From contig CAWAOD010000016.1 of assembly GCA_963783575.1 (NCBI GenBank), positions 224,001 to 288,000 of the forward strand: a DNA stretch of 64,000 bases, written 5' to 3'. This document shows positions 51,588 to 61,198 of the stretch, one piece after another (the stretch's first letter is position 1; each line of letters starts with the position of its first letter). Below the pieces are notes generated by a model. That model was given only the letters and a program-made list of their open reading frames with translations. It had not been told where the DNA came from and did no database searches. Source of the stretch: an uncultured Spirochaetota bacterium. Lineage in GTDB: Bacteria > Spirochaetota > Brevinematia > Brevinematales > JAOACQ01. The position numbers and the translations under genes were made by a program.

Positions 51588-51783
51588 TAAACTACCCCGC
51601 AGCAAGCAGCGGGGTATTACGTAAGAACACTAAAGGAATCCCCTCGACAGGGCTCGGGATAAACTCCACAAAGCTATACGCAACTTTGTTGCGTAAGGAA
51701 TCTAAACCGGGTCAAGCAGCCTGCCTGGCCTGCCTACGCCGGGGTTTCCGGCAGGTAGACGGCAGACAGGTCACGCTTGTTAA
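51588..51783 (+). repeat. MITE/REP-like element with nested CCTGCC...GGCAGG mini-insertions
   Basis: Same ends as 31542-31662; extra ~51-bp nested palindrome at 51720-51770. Confidence 0.8.
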
Positions 51784-51806
51784 AACATTTTTCGGAGATT
51801 GTAAAT

Positions 51807-52256
51807 ATGGATTTCAAAGTATGGAATATATTCGTAAGTAAACCGATTATCGCTGCTCTGGGCGCCCAGATCAGCTCGCAGGTATTTAAAATATTCCTTC
51901 CTGTTTTTAAAGGCGGAAGGCCGGATGCGAAAAAATTTCTGAACTATGGAGATTTTCCTTCGGCGCATACTGCCTTTGTTGTTGCCGTTGTGATTTCCAT
52001 TGGACTTGAAGTGGGTTGGGGAAGCTCTATTTTCGCGCTTGGCGGAGTTATTGCCAGTATTCTAATTTATGATATAATTAAAATGAGAAAAACTATTGAA
52101 ATTAATATTAAATTGACGAAAAAGCTTATGGCGGAACATAATCTTCCAATTATTGAAAAAATACCTCAATTTAAAGGCCATACTTATATGGAAGTAATAG
52201 CCGGCGGAATATGGGGAGTAATCTGTGCAATAATTGTCGGTTTTATAAAAATTTAG
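51807..52256 (+). CDS. Divergent PAP2 family protein (DUF212)
   Basis: SQVFK, GDFPSAHTA, IYD, GHTYMEV. Confidence 0.85.
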   Translation: MDFKVWNIFVSKPIIAALGAQISSQVFKIFLPVFKGGRPDAKKFLNYGDFPSAHTAFVVAVVISIGLEVGWGSSIFALGGVIASILIYDIIKMRKTIEINIKLTKKLMAEHNLPIIEKIPQFKGHTYMEVIAGGIWGVICAIIVGFIKI

Positions 52257-52264
52257 AATAGTTA

Positions 52265-52819
52265 TCAAGTAATTATGTCTTTTCCAAGTTTGTAAGCTTC
52301 CTGCATTAAATCTATTTTTCCTGAAACTTCTCCCATTATTGTAACACCGGGAACAATTAATTTTCCCGCAATATTCATTTCGAGGTAATTAAGACTCCTT
52401 GTAAAAAACTCAATAACCGGTGCCGCAGTTTCGGGATTTTTCTCTTCAAATGGTATAACCAGAACGGCATCCTTACCCTTAATTTTGTGTCTATTTTCAG
52501 GGCAGTTAAAATATACAAACCTGTCAATAAAGCCTTTCATAAGCGCCGTCGGGCCGTACCAGTACACCGGAGTGCCGAAAACAATCATATCGCAGTCTGT
52601 GATTGATTGATAAGCCTGAATCATATCGTCCTTTTTGGAGCACCGGTTATCTTTCCAGCAGATATGACATCCGTCGCACTCCATTATATTTAGATCTTTA
52701 AGATAAATCAGTTCGGGCGTCGCGCCTTTATTTTTAGCTCCTTCAAGTATCCTGTTGACAAGTAAATCCGTATTTCCTTTTTTCCTCGGGCTTCCGATTA
52801 TGCCAAGGATTTTTTTCAT
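52265..52819 (-). CDS. Iron-sulfur flavoprotein / flavodoxin-family protein
   Basis: GSPRKKGNT, CDGCHIC...C, GTPVYW. Confidence 0.9.
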   Translation of the reverse strand: MKKILGIIGSPRKKGNTDLLVNRILEGAKNKGATPELIYLKDLNIMECDGCHICWKDNRCSKKDDMIQAYQSITDCDMIVFGTPVYWYGPTALMKGFIDRFVYFNCPENRHKIKGKDAVLVIPFEEKNPETAAPVIEFFTRSLNYLEMNIAGKLIVPGVTIMGEVSGKIDLMQEAYKLGKDIIT

Positions 52820-52835
52820 CAGTTTTCTCCCTAAT

Positions 52836-53459
52836 TTATGCTACTTGTGCGGCAGCAAAATGCTCTTCGATTATTTTTTTTACGTCGTCCAGCCATGCCG
52901 ATCTTTGCTCATAAGTGCTGTCGGATATTATCCTGTAAGTCTTTCTGAATACCCGGCTTACTCCGCAGTAATTGAAAATGCAGTCTTTCCATAATCTTTC
53001 CAGAGGATCACCGAATAACTCAAATTCCCTGCTTTCTCCTGTGTTTGAAGTGTTGAAAATAATAGCTTTTTCGGCTTTCAGAAGTCCTTTGGGAATTCCC
53101 CCGCCCGAGTCATCTTCAGTGAATTGATAAGCAAGGCCATGATGCAGAACGCGGTCAACCCAGCCTTTTAAAATTGCCGGCGGCTGTCCCCACCAATTCG
53201 GATGGACTATAACAATTCCATCGGCATTTTTTATTTCGTCGCAATGAATCTTTACCAGGCTGTTTTTCGGGCTGTCCGTAAGTATTTCCTCGCCTGTCAT
53301 TACAGGATCGAAGTTTTCAAGGTATAAATTATGAAAAAAAACCGTATGATTATTCTTAATCAATATCTTCACAACGGCGTCTGCTATTGCCGCATTGAAG
53401 CTTTTTTCATAGGGATGTCCCAATATTACAGAGATTTTCAAAATTATCTCCTGTTTCAA
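52836..53459 (-). CDS. NAD(P)H-dependent oxidoreductase (flavodoxin-2 fold)
   Basis: GHP..SFN, HPNWWGQPPAILKGWVDRV. Confidence 0.9.
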   Translation of the reverse strand: MKQEIILKISVILGHPYEKSFNAAIADAVVKILIKNNHTVFFHNLYLENFDPVMTGEEILTDSPKNSLVKIHCDEIKNADGIVIVHPNWWGQPPAILKGWVDRVLHHGLAYQFTEDDSGGGIPKGLLKAEKAIIFNTSNTGESREFELFGDPLERLWKDCIFNYCGVSRVFRKTYRIISDSTYEQRSAWLDDVKKIIEEHFAAAQVA

Positions 53460-54268
53460 AATAGATTTTTATTTTTCAATATCTTTAAGGTAATTTCCTT
53501 TGCGGTATAACCGGTAGCACCTTCAGCACCCTCTATATTTGAAGCGAAGAACAAGACTTTTCCGGCATCTTCTATATATCCAACAAACCATCCGTTTACA
53601 TTTTTATTTTCAATAACGCCGGAGCCGGTCTTTCCCGATAAAAATTTTTCTCCATTTTTTGATAAAATCAATATCTTTTTGACAATATCAATATTTTGCT
53701 TTGAAAACGGGAGTTGATTATAATAGAATTTTCTTAATATTTCAATCTGTTCTTCCGCAGAGATTTTTAGCGATGATTGAAGCCAGAAATTTGTTAAACC
53801 TCCCGATATGTCTTTATTTCCGTAATTAACTTTGTCAATGTAAAACTGTTCCCTTTCCAACCCCACCTTCAAAGCGACTTGTTGAAAATACCATACTACA
53901 GAATGTGAAACCGCCGATGCCAAGGTCTGGTCTTTATTCCAATCCTTGCTGGGGTACAAAGTTCCATCCCATTTAAATAAAGTATTTTCATCATCCAGAA
54001 CTTTAGTTTCCAGCCCTATCAAAGAATGAATGATTTTGAAGGTGGAACAAGGCGGAACCCGTGTCCTGCATCCGTCAGGATTATAGATTGTATATTTATT
54101 TGCAGTTTCGTCAAATAATATAAAACAGCCGTTGTAGCCTGTAAAATATCCGTTTAAATCCTCAATAGTTTTTTCCGGCTGTATCCCAAATCCTGCAGAA
54201 ATAAAAACAAACGGCAATAAAATCTCTAAAAACAGTATGGAAAACTTTTTCGAAAATTTAGAAATCAT
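53456..54268 (-). CDS. Class D beta-lactamase-like / BlaR1-sensor-like penicillin-binding protein
   Basis: Signal peptide, STFK, SVV, YGN, FWL, KTG, GWFVG. Confidence 0.85.
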   Translation of the reverse strand: MISKFSKKFSILFLEILLPFVFISAGFGIQPEKTIEDLNGYFTGYNGCFILFDETANKYTIYNPDGCRTRVPPCSTFKIIHSLIGLETKVLDDENTLFKWDGTLYPSKDWNKDQTLASAVSHSVVWYFQQVALKVGLEREQFYIDKVNYGNKDISGGLTNFWLQSSLKISAEEQIEILRKFYYNQLPFSKQNIDIVKKILILSKNGEKFLSGKTGSGVIENKNVNGWFVGYIEDAGKVLFFASNIEGAEGATGYTAKEITLKILKNKNLF

Positions 54269-54309
54269 TAAAGCCTCGCGAATTTAAGATTAAGTTTTAT
54301 TCTACATGT

Positions 54310-54560
54310 CAAACTTTTCTGAACATCTCTTCCGAAAGTCTTGTCAGCATTGGGATTCCACGGACTCCGTATCGAAAAGAGGAATGAGCGCCCTTACATC
54401 GTTTCCGAATGTACCATGGATCTGGTCAAGATAACCGCATTGCATCTTAACGCGGTTTTGTACAAAATCGGGCGATGTTTCTTTACAGGACGATTTATCG
54501 ATGATCATGTTTACGAGTACTCCGCCCACAGGAATATTGAAATCGTAAAACCATTTGATG
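54310..54560 (-). pseudogene. C-terminal remnant of an ArsA/Get3-family ATPase
   Basis: IKWFYDFNIPVGGVLVNMII...FVQNRVKMQ..YLDQI...IPLFDTE / RGIPMLTRL resembles ArsA C-termini; no N-terminus, and a frameshift is present. Confidence 0.6.
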
Positions 54561-54640
54561 CAATCTCATTTTAAAATTCTATAAGTAAAAATGCAATTTT
54601 TATTTATATAAAGATTGAACATCTTATTGCAGACCGGCAT

Positions 54641-54711
54641 GCAGGCCAATACTTTATTGCCGCGGTTTTGAAGCCTTCAGAGCGGTAATAATGGGAAAAA
54701 GCTCTGCCGGC
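54641..54711 (+). repeat. Composite duplication: 31-bp copy of 57257-57287 plus a 38-bp copy of WYL gene interior 57978-58015
   Basis: 30/31 and 35/38 identities by manual alignment. Confidence 0.8.
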
Positions 54712-54784
54712 AGTTTTCTTTTTTTGACTATTTTTCAGAAGGTGATTAATTTTAGCCAATAAAGAAAACAGAGGTGTTTTGATT

Positions 54785-57207
54785 ATGGTTTTGAAAATTA
54801 TAAAAACTCTGGATTATAAGGAAATGTCTTTGAAAGAAACCTTTGAATTTCAAGAAACATCGGCCGCCGGACTAACCGTAGCAGAGGGCTGTCGGCCGCC
54901 TCGCGCTATTTGGAAAGAATGAGATAACAGAAAAAAAGACAAATTATTTATTGGAATTTTTACTGCGATACTGGGGTCCAATGCCGTGGCTGATGGAAAT
55001 CGCCATGGCGCTATCGTTTGTTTTGAAGCATAATACCGAAGGAATAATTATTTTAGCATTGCTGACGATTAACTCCATTATCGGGCAAATGAATTCCACA
55101 GGATCGCATAAAGCAATCGAACTTTTGAAAAAGAAGCTAGCCATAAATTCAAAAGTATTACGCGACGGGAAGTGGATAATTGGGACTGCAAAAGATCTTG
55201 TGCCGGGTGATATTATTGTAGTTAAGCTTGGGGATATAGTCCCTGCTGACGCTAAAATTATAGATGGGGAGGTATCGGTAGACGAATCCGCCTTAACGGG
55301 GGAATCCCTGCCTGTAAATACCGGGGAATCGGGTGTTATTTATTCGGGTTCCATAGTAAAACGGGGTGAAACTAAATGTATTGTAATTAATACCGGCGCA
55401 AATACTTACTTCGGCAAAACCGCCGAACTGGTCAGGCAAGCGCAGCCTGTATCGCATCAGAAAAAAGTTATGCTGGATGTAGTCAAATATATGATGTACC
55501 TGAGCCTTATCGCGGCAATGTCCGTTTCTATATACGCTTTTTTTATTCATGTAAGTCTTTTATTTATATTGACCTTTGTCGTAATATTCTTAATGGGAGC
55601 CGTTCCGGTTGCCCTTCCGGCTGTTCTTACCATAGTTCAATCTGTCGGCGCTATGGAACTTGCAAAAAAGGGAGTGCTGGTAACCAGGCTTGATGCGATT
55701 GAGGATTCGGCTTCCATTGATGTGCTTTGCTTTGATAAGACCGGCACCATTACGCAAAACAAGCTGTCGGTAATAGACAGCGCGGCGTTCTACGGTTATA
55801 AAAAGGAGGATGTTGTTTCCGTGGCGGCTTTTGGCATCCCAAGAGCAGGGAATGGACTTAATAGACCTCGCGGTTATTGAATACGCCAAAAATATCAAAG
55901 CGGATTTGACAGGATATAAACAGGTTGAATATTTACCGTTTAATCCGTCAAAAAAAAGCACACAGGCGGTTATCGAAAATTACGGCAAGCGCTTTAACGC
56001 AATTAAAGGCGCGGCCCAGATAATAATGGGAATGTGTCCTGAAATAGACAAAAAAAGTGCGGATAATATAAAAAAAACAATAGAGGAATTTTCTCAAAAA
56101 GGATACCGGACAATTGCTGTTGCAAGGTCACCTGACGGCGAAATGAACAAACTGGAATTTGCCGGACTGCTTGCGTTAGCTGACCCTCCACGTCCGGATT
56201 CAAAAAGCATGATAGAAGAGGCAAGAAAGCTTGGAATAAAACCAATGATGCTTACCGGGGACGGCATTTTCATCGCCAAGGAAATAGCGTTGCAAACGGG
56301 TATCGGCGGTAATATTATCCGGTTCTTAGATATTCAGGATTTGATTGAAACTGAACAGATCAAGGTTATAAATGAAATTGACGGGTTCGCGGAGATCTAT
56401 CCCGAGGATAAATACCGGATAGTGAAATTACTTCAATCAACCGGTCACTTAGTCGGAATGACGGGCGATGGGGTGAATGACGCTCCTGCGCTAAAACAAG
56501 CAGAGATGGGTATAGCCGTTAGCAACGCGGCTGATGTGGCCAAAACATCTGCCAGTGTAGTCTTAACCGGTTCCGGGATAGAGTTAGTAATTGAAGCGGT
56601 TAAAACAAGCAGGCGAATTTATCAAAGGATGCTGACATGGGTTTTAAACAAGGTTACGAAAGTAATAGAAATTATTTGTTTATTAGCGATTGGTTTTTTC
56701 TGGCTTCATGATATGGTGCTTTCACTTTTAGGCATATCATTACTTGTATTCGCAAATGATTTTGTTACCATGTCTCTTGCAGGCGATAATGTAAAATCTA
56801 CCGTAAACCCCAATAAATGGAACGTAAGAAAAATCACTTTTGTTTCCTTAATTCCCGGCCTGTTGTTAGTAGCGGAGGATTTACTCGTGATAATAGCATG
56901 CAGGAATTATTTTCATCTGGATTGGGAAAAAATGCGAACTATGATTATGTTGAATCTTGTATTTAACAGCCAGTTCAGGGTATTGATTATAAGGGAAAGA
57001 ACTCACTTCTGGTCTTCGATGCCCGGGAAAGGGTTGATAATTTCCAGCCTGATAACAATAATTGTGTTTTTGCTGATAAGCGTAACCGGTTTTATTGTCC
57101 CGGCGATTGCTTTAAACCAAATTCTCGCTGTCCTGGGGTTATCAGCGTTGTTTGTTTTCTTTGTTGATTTTCCTAAATGCTATTTTTATAAAAGATTCGG
57201 ATTATAA
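54785..57207 (+). CDS. P-type (IIIA) plasma-membrane proton-efflux ATPase with two +1 indels (~54886, ~55830)
   Basis: WGPMPW, LTGES, VPVALP, DKTGT, KGA, DPPR, MLTGD, TGDGVNDAPALK. Confidence 0.9.
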
Positions 57208-57232
57208 CATTTAATTGATCTCTTTGATAAAA

Positions 57233-57288
57233 TAAACTACCCCGCGGCGATGCAACGCAGGCTAATACTTTATTGCCGCGGTTTTGAG
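57233..57288 (+). repeat. AAACTACCCC-hairpin repeat copy
   Basis: taaactaccccgcggcga...ttgccgcgg stem between convergent genes. Confidence 0.6.
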
Positions 57289-57303
57289 ACGAATTATATT
57301 TTT

Positions 57304-58233
57304 TTATCTGTACATTTCAAGTAATTTTTTGCCTTTATCTTTAAGATAATCCCTGAGCCTTTGAGGCGCCAGGATTTCCACATCGTCGCCGAAGCTCAGC
57401 ATAAAACCGTAAATCCATTCGTCCTCCGGAAACCTGGCGATGATCTTTATCGAACCATCCGGCTGGTAAACGATCTGTTCCTGTTCGAAAAAATCCTCAA
57501 CCCTTACCCTTGCGCGCTGTTTAAAAACCATCTCAATCTCGATCCAGGAACGCTTATCCCAGTTGTTTCCAGGCTGAGTATCCTCCTCACGGTAATCCCT
57601 GCGTACAAAGCTTTCCCCGGTGATTTTCATCGATTTCATTCTGGACAGCTTGAAAAAACGGAAATCATCACGGATGAGGCAGTAAGCGACAAGGTACCAT
57701 GCGTATCCCTTAAGGTATAGAATCATTGGTTCGATTTTCCGCTTTGTAACATTCCCCTGCGCGTCAAGGTACTCAATTTCAATTATTTTTCCGGCATCAA
57801 TAGCATTACGGATAGTATTCATCTTTTCTTTCTGAGTTTTACTGGTGCTCCAGGGAGAAAAATCTATAATAACATCGCGTTTTTTTTCAAAATCATCGGC
57901 CTTGTTCTTCGGCATCAAATTCTGGAGTTTTTCAACCGTGTCGTTTATTTTCCGGTCGTCTATCGTTCTGCTTACACCCTTCAGGGCGGTAATAATGGAA
58001 AAAAGCTCTGCGGGCTTAAGAACATTCCTGTCAATTCTATAATTGTCCATAATGCCGAAACCGCCATTTTTGCCGGGATAAGCGACTATTGGGATTCCAG
58101 CCTGGTTAATCGTATCAATGTCACGGTATATTGTTCGGACAGATACTTCGAAGTATTCGGCAAGTTCTTCCGCGCTGACACGGTTTCTATTCAAAATCAT
58201 TATGGTGATAGCGAATATTCGGTCAAGCTTCAT
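57304..58233 (-). CDS. YafY-family HTH-WYL-WCX transcriptional regulator
   Basis: FEVSVRTIYRDI, RKIEP...AWYLVAYC...RFFKLSRM, LSFGDDVEILAP. Confidence 0.93.
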   Translation of the reverse strand: MKLDRIFAITIMILNRNRVSAEELAEYFEVSVRTIYRDIDTINQAGIPIVAYPGKNGGFGIMDNYRIDRNVLKPAELFSIITALKGVSRTIDDRKINDTVEKLQNLMPKNKADDFEKKRDVIIDFSPWSTSKTQKEKMNTIRNAIDAGKIIEIEYLDAQGNVTKRKIEPMILYLKGYAWYLVAYCLIRDDFRFFKLSRMKSMKITGESFVRRDYREEDTQPGNNWDKRSWIEIEMVFKQRARVRVEDFFEQEQIVYQPDGSIKIIARFPEDEWIYGFMLSFGDDVEILAPQRLRDYLKDKGKKLLEMYR

Positions 58234-58286
58234 AAGTTCTTGCCCCTATAATTTAAATCCTATTTGTAACCATTTAACAATATGAA

Positions 58287-58913
58287 TTAATGTGCAATAA
58301 AAATTATATTTATTGCTAAACCTATAAATAAAACCCCGCAAGCTTTATTTAGAAAAAATGATATTTTTTTGTCCTTTCTGAGAAATCCGGAAATGGAGGA
58401 CGAAAAAATCGCCAGAATGAAGCACCAGATAGTTCCGGTTGTAATAAATGTAAACCCCAGAAAAAGAAATGAAAATGCGCCGTAATTTTTAACCGGATTG
58501 ATAAATTGCGGTAAAAATGCGAGAAAAAACAGCGCGACTTTAGGATTGAATAAATTGGTCAAAAATCCCTGCCTGAAAATTTTGAAATTATCATACTTAT
58601 TAATCGCTTTATCTTGAAATAAATCATTTTTATTCATTATTGTTTTAATGCCCAGGTAAAACAGGTATGCTGCCCCCGCATATTTTAAAATATTGAAAGC
58701 AAACGGCGAAACCTTTAACAATGCAGCCAAACCTAATGCGGTAATCAGGTTGTGGCATAAAGCGCTCGTACCTATTCCAAGAACCGATAAAACCCCGGCT
58801 TTTCTCCCCTGGGCAATGCTTCTCCCGACAATATAAACCGTATCCTGGCCCGGTGTAATATTCAATAGTATTCCTGCGGTCAAAAAAGTTATATAATTTT
58901 GGGTACCGAGCAT
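58287..58913 (-). CDS. LysE/RhtB-family translocator
   Basis: TPGQD, GAAYLFYLG, NLFNPKVALFF. Confidence 0.92.
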   Translation of the reverse strand: MLGTQNYITFLTAGILLNITPGQDTVYIVGRSIAQGRKAGVLSVLGIGTSALCHNLITALGLAALLKVSPFAFNILKYAGAAYLFYLGIKTIMNKNDLFQDKAINKYDNFKIFRQGFLTNLFNPKVALFFLAFLPQFINPVKNYGAFSFLFLGFTFITTGTIWCFILAIFSSSISGFLRKDKKISFFLNKACGVLFIGLAINIIFIAH

Positions 58914-58929
58914 AAATACTCCTGTAAAA

Positions 58930-60081
58930 CTATATATTCCCCGTCAAAAGCCTTCCCAGGAAAGGCTTTTGTATGGAAATGGCCTTGTACGGGCATGTCT
59001 CCTGGCAGCAGTAACAACGGATGCATTTATTATAATTATAAACGGGCGGGTTGATTTTTTTACAGTTTTTAAAATTAAGGGCTTTTCCTTCAACAGGGCA
59101 AACATCCACACAGGTTCCGCATTTTGTGCATTTGTTACGGTCAATGACAGGCCGCGGAATAATATAATTCTTGAAGCTTTTGAAACTTTCCACAAAACCG
59201 CCGATGTGAATGGGCTTTCTTTCAACCTTAAACTTCCTGTTAATAAAATTTTCCAGCGGTTCGCCGAAGTAAGCGGTTTCATCCTGAATATATGTGCCCA
59301 GTCCGGATTCCATGCCGTAAAAGTTTGTCGGGACCGATGACGGTTCAAGGTCGATCATCCTGCAGAAAGTTGCATCCATGGCAACCGGGTCGTTGGAAAT
59401 AATCAGGCAGTTCATTTTTACCGCGTCTCCGCCGCTGGGACCATTGCCTTCCATAGCGATAACCGCGTCCATAACAAACAAGCGGGGCTTTAAAAAATTA
59501 TTAATATCCACAAGCATTTTTGAAAAATTTGCCGCGTTTGGAATTTTAACATGAAATGCAGACTTATTCAAACCGGCCACGCAGCCGAATTGATTCTTTA
59601 TGGCCCCGGTTATAGTTGTAAATTTGTGCGTTTTCATTTTGCAGAGGCTTATAATGCCATCGGCATCCAATGCCGCCTGGGCGATATAGAATTCTTTCGC
59701 AGCAAGGCCTTCAGGATTCTGAACTAAACGTCCCTTTTCAAATTCTCCCAATTTTACGGAATACCTTTCGGCCACTTCAAAAAGACCGGATTTCTTCAAA
59801 CCGGCCAGGGGCTTCCCAAAGGCCGGCGAATCACCATAAGAGATTTGAACTCGTTCCTCTGTTAGAAGTTTTAACATGGCATTCAGAACGGATGGATGGG
59901 TCGTAACATTTTCTTCGGGAACAGCCCCAAAAAGAACATTCGGTTTTACCAGGATTTTTTCACCCTCTTTTACGAATAAACCCATTCCGCCAATAAGGGC
60001 AACCCCGCTTTTCAAAGCGTCATAAACCCTTTCCTCATTATAGTCATTACAGCGCATGACAGCGACTTTCGATTTGATCAT
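58930..60081 (-). CDS. DUF362 domain protein with two 4Fe-4S motifs
   Basis: LVKPN, KMKTH, GAIKN; CTKCGTCVDVCP and CIRCYCCQETCP. Confidence 0.9.
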   Translation of the reverse strand: MIKSKVAVMRCNDYNEERVYDALKSGVALIGGMGLFVKEGEKILVKPNVLFGAVPEENVTTHPSVLNAMLKLLTEERVQISYGDSPAFGKPLAGLKKSGLFEVAERYSVKLGEFEKGRLVQNPEGLAAKEFYIAQAALDADGIISLCKMKTHKFTTITGAIKNQFGCVAGLNKSAFHVKIPNAANFSKMLVDINNFLKPRLFVMDAVIAMEGNGPSGGDAVKMNCLIISNDPVAMDATFCRMIDLEPSSVPTNFYGMESGLGTYIQDETAYFGEPLENFINRKFKVERKPIHIGGFVESFKSFKNYIIPRPVIDRNKCTKCGTCVDVCPVEGKALNFKNCKKINPPVYNYNKCIRCYCCQETCPYKAISIQKPFLGRLLTGNI

Positions 60082-60140
60082 ATATAACCTCTCATAATAA
60101 TTATATTCTTTTCAATATGAAATGTCTATTTTTAAAGTTT

Positions 60141-61082
60141 TCAGAAAACAGGCTTTCTTCCGCTCCGTATAAGGAAAGCGAGTTCCAGCCGGCTGTTTAT
60201 TCCTGTTTTACCATAAATATGATGTATATGGTTTTTTACTGTTTTTTGAGAAATAAATAGTTTATCTGCAATTTCCCGGCTGTTCAGACCTTGCAGGATC
60301 AATAGTAAAATCTCCTGCTCCCTTTCGGTGATGTTGAATTTACTGAAAAAGACGCTGTCCGGTTCAGCTATGGCTTCTTTCCGGGAATAGCGCAGAAAGA
60401 ATCGAACGGTAAGAAATAAAAAAAAGAAATTTATAAGAAAATAGCCGGAAAGCTGAAAAATAATTTCTTTTATATTGCTTCTGCTCAAAAACCCTCCGGA
60501 TGATCTACCGGAAATCCAATCAAATAATATAAAGCCGTAGAAAAAAATCAAAACAACCGGGACAAGGCTTTTTACAAAAACATTATTGCTGATTTTTCTC
60601 CGGTAAAGAACCGTCAGAAACGGCATCAAAAGACCTGTAATAATCAAAGCGCCAGGCGTAACCCAATCCATAATTGAAAATAGAAGCGCACCTCCGGCAA
60701 TCTTTCCGGCAAAAAAATATGGAACGGACAGAGCCGCAGCAGATAATAATGTTAAAGCTGAAATAACTATTTTGCCGGTCTTTTCGAATCTCACAGACAG
60801 AAGATGCATAAGCATTATGGGAATAAAGAATAGCAGAAGCCGGCATATGTCTTTAGTCAACACATAAAATATCAATACCGTTCCATAATAAAAGGATTGA
60901 TCCAGACGTATTGAAAATAGAAGGCTTGAAAGAAACATCCGTATTGAAAAAATAAGCAAAAATGCAGTATAATATAATACCGTTTTATCCCTGTATTTTA
61001 TTAAAAGAATAGCTGACACTATAAAAGATGCAAGCCCCAGCGAAAAGGAAACGATCTGTACAAAAACTAATAAAGAAATCAT
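60141..61082 (-). CDS. Multi-TM LuxR-family regulator
   Basis: About 7 TM helices, then ITEREQEIL...IADKLFISQKTVKNHIHHIYGK. Confidence 0.9.
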   Translation of the reverse strand: MISLLVFVQIVSFSLGLASFIVSAILLIKYRDKTVLYYTAFLLIFSIRMFLSSLLFSIRLDQSFYYGTVLIFYVLTKDICRLLLFFIPIMLMHLLSVRFEKTGKIVISALTLLSAAALSVPYFFAGKIAGGALLFSIMDWVTPGALIITGLLMPFLTVLYRRKISNNVFVKSLVPVVLIFFYGFILFDWISGRSSGGFLSRSNIKEIIFQLSGYFLINFFFLFLTVRFFLRYSRKEAIAEPDSVFFSKFNITEREQEILLLILQGLNSREIADKLFISQKTVKNHIHHIYGKTGINSRLELAFLIRSGRKPVF

Positions 61083-61127
61083 AATACCTTATAAGATTTT
61101 ATAACACCATAGGCTGTTTGTCAAAAC

Positions 61128-61169
61128 ATGAATCCTTAATACCCATAATAAATGAATCCTTTTACCCAT
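61128..61169 (+). promoter_or_regulatory. Tandem candidate LuxR boxes
   Basis: atgaatccttaatacccat (61128-61146) and atgaatccttttacccat (61152-61169), directly before a -35-like ttgtaa. Confidence 0.6.
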
Positions 61170-61198
61170 TGTAAAAATGATTATACAATGTTAATATT

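Noticed and set aside
54641..58015. CRISPR-like repeat plus spacer, or a DGR template/variable repeat pair
   Set aside because: Only two repeat copies, 2.6 kb apart. The mismatches are not adenine-specific, and there is no cas or reverse transcriptase gene in the window.
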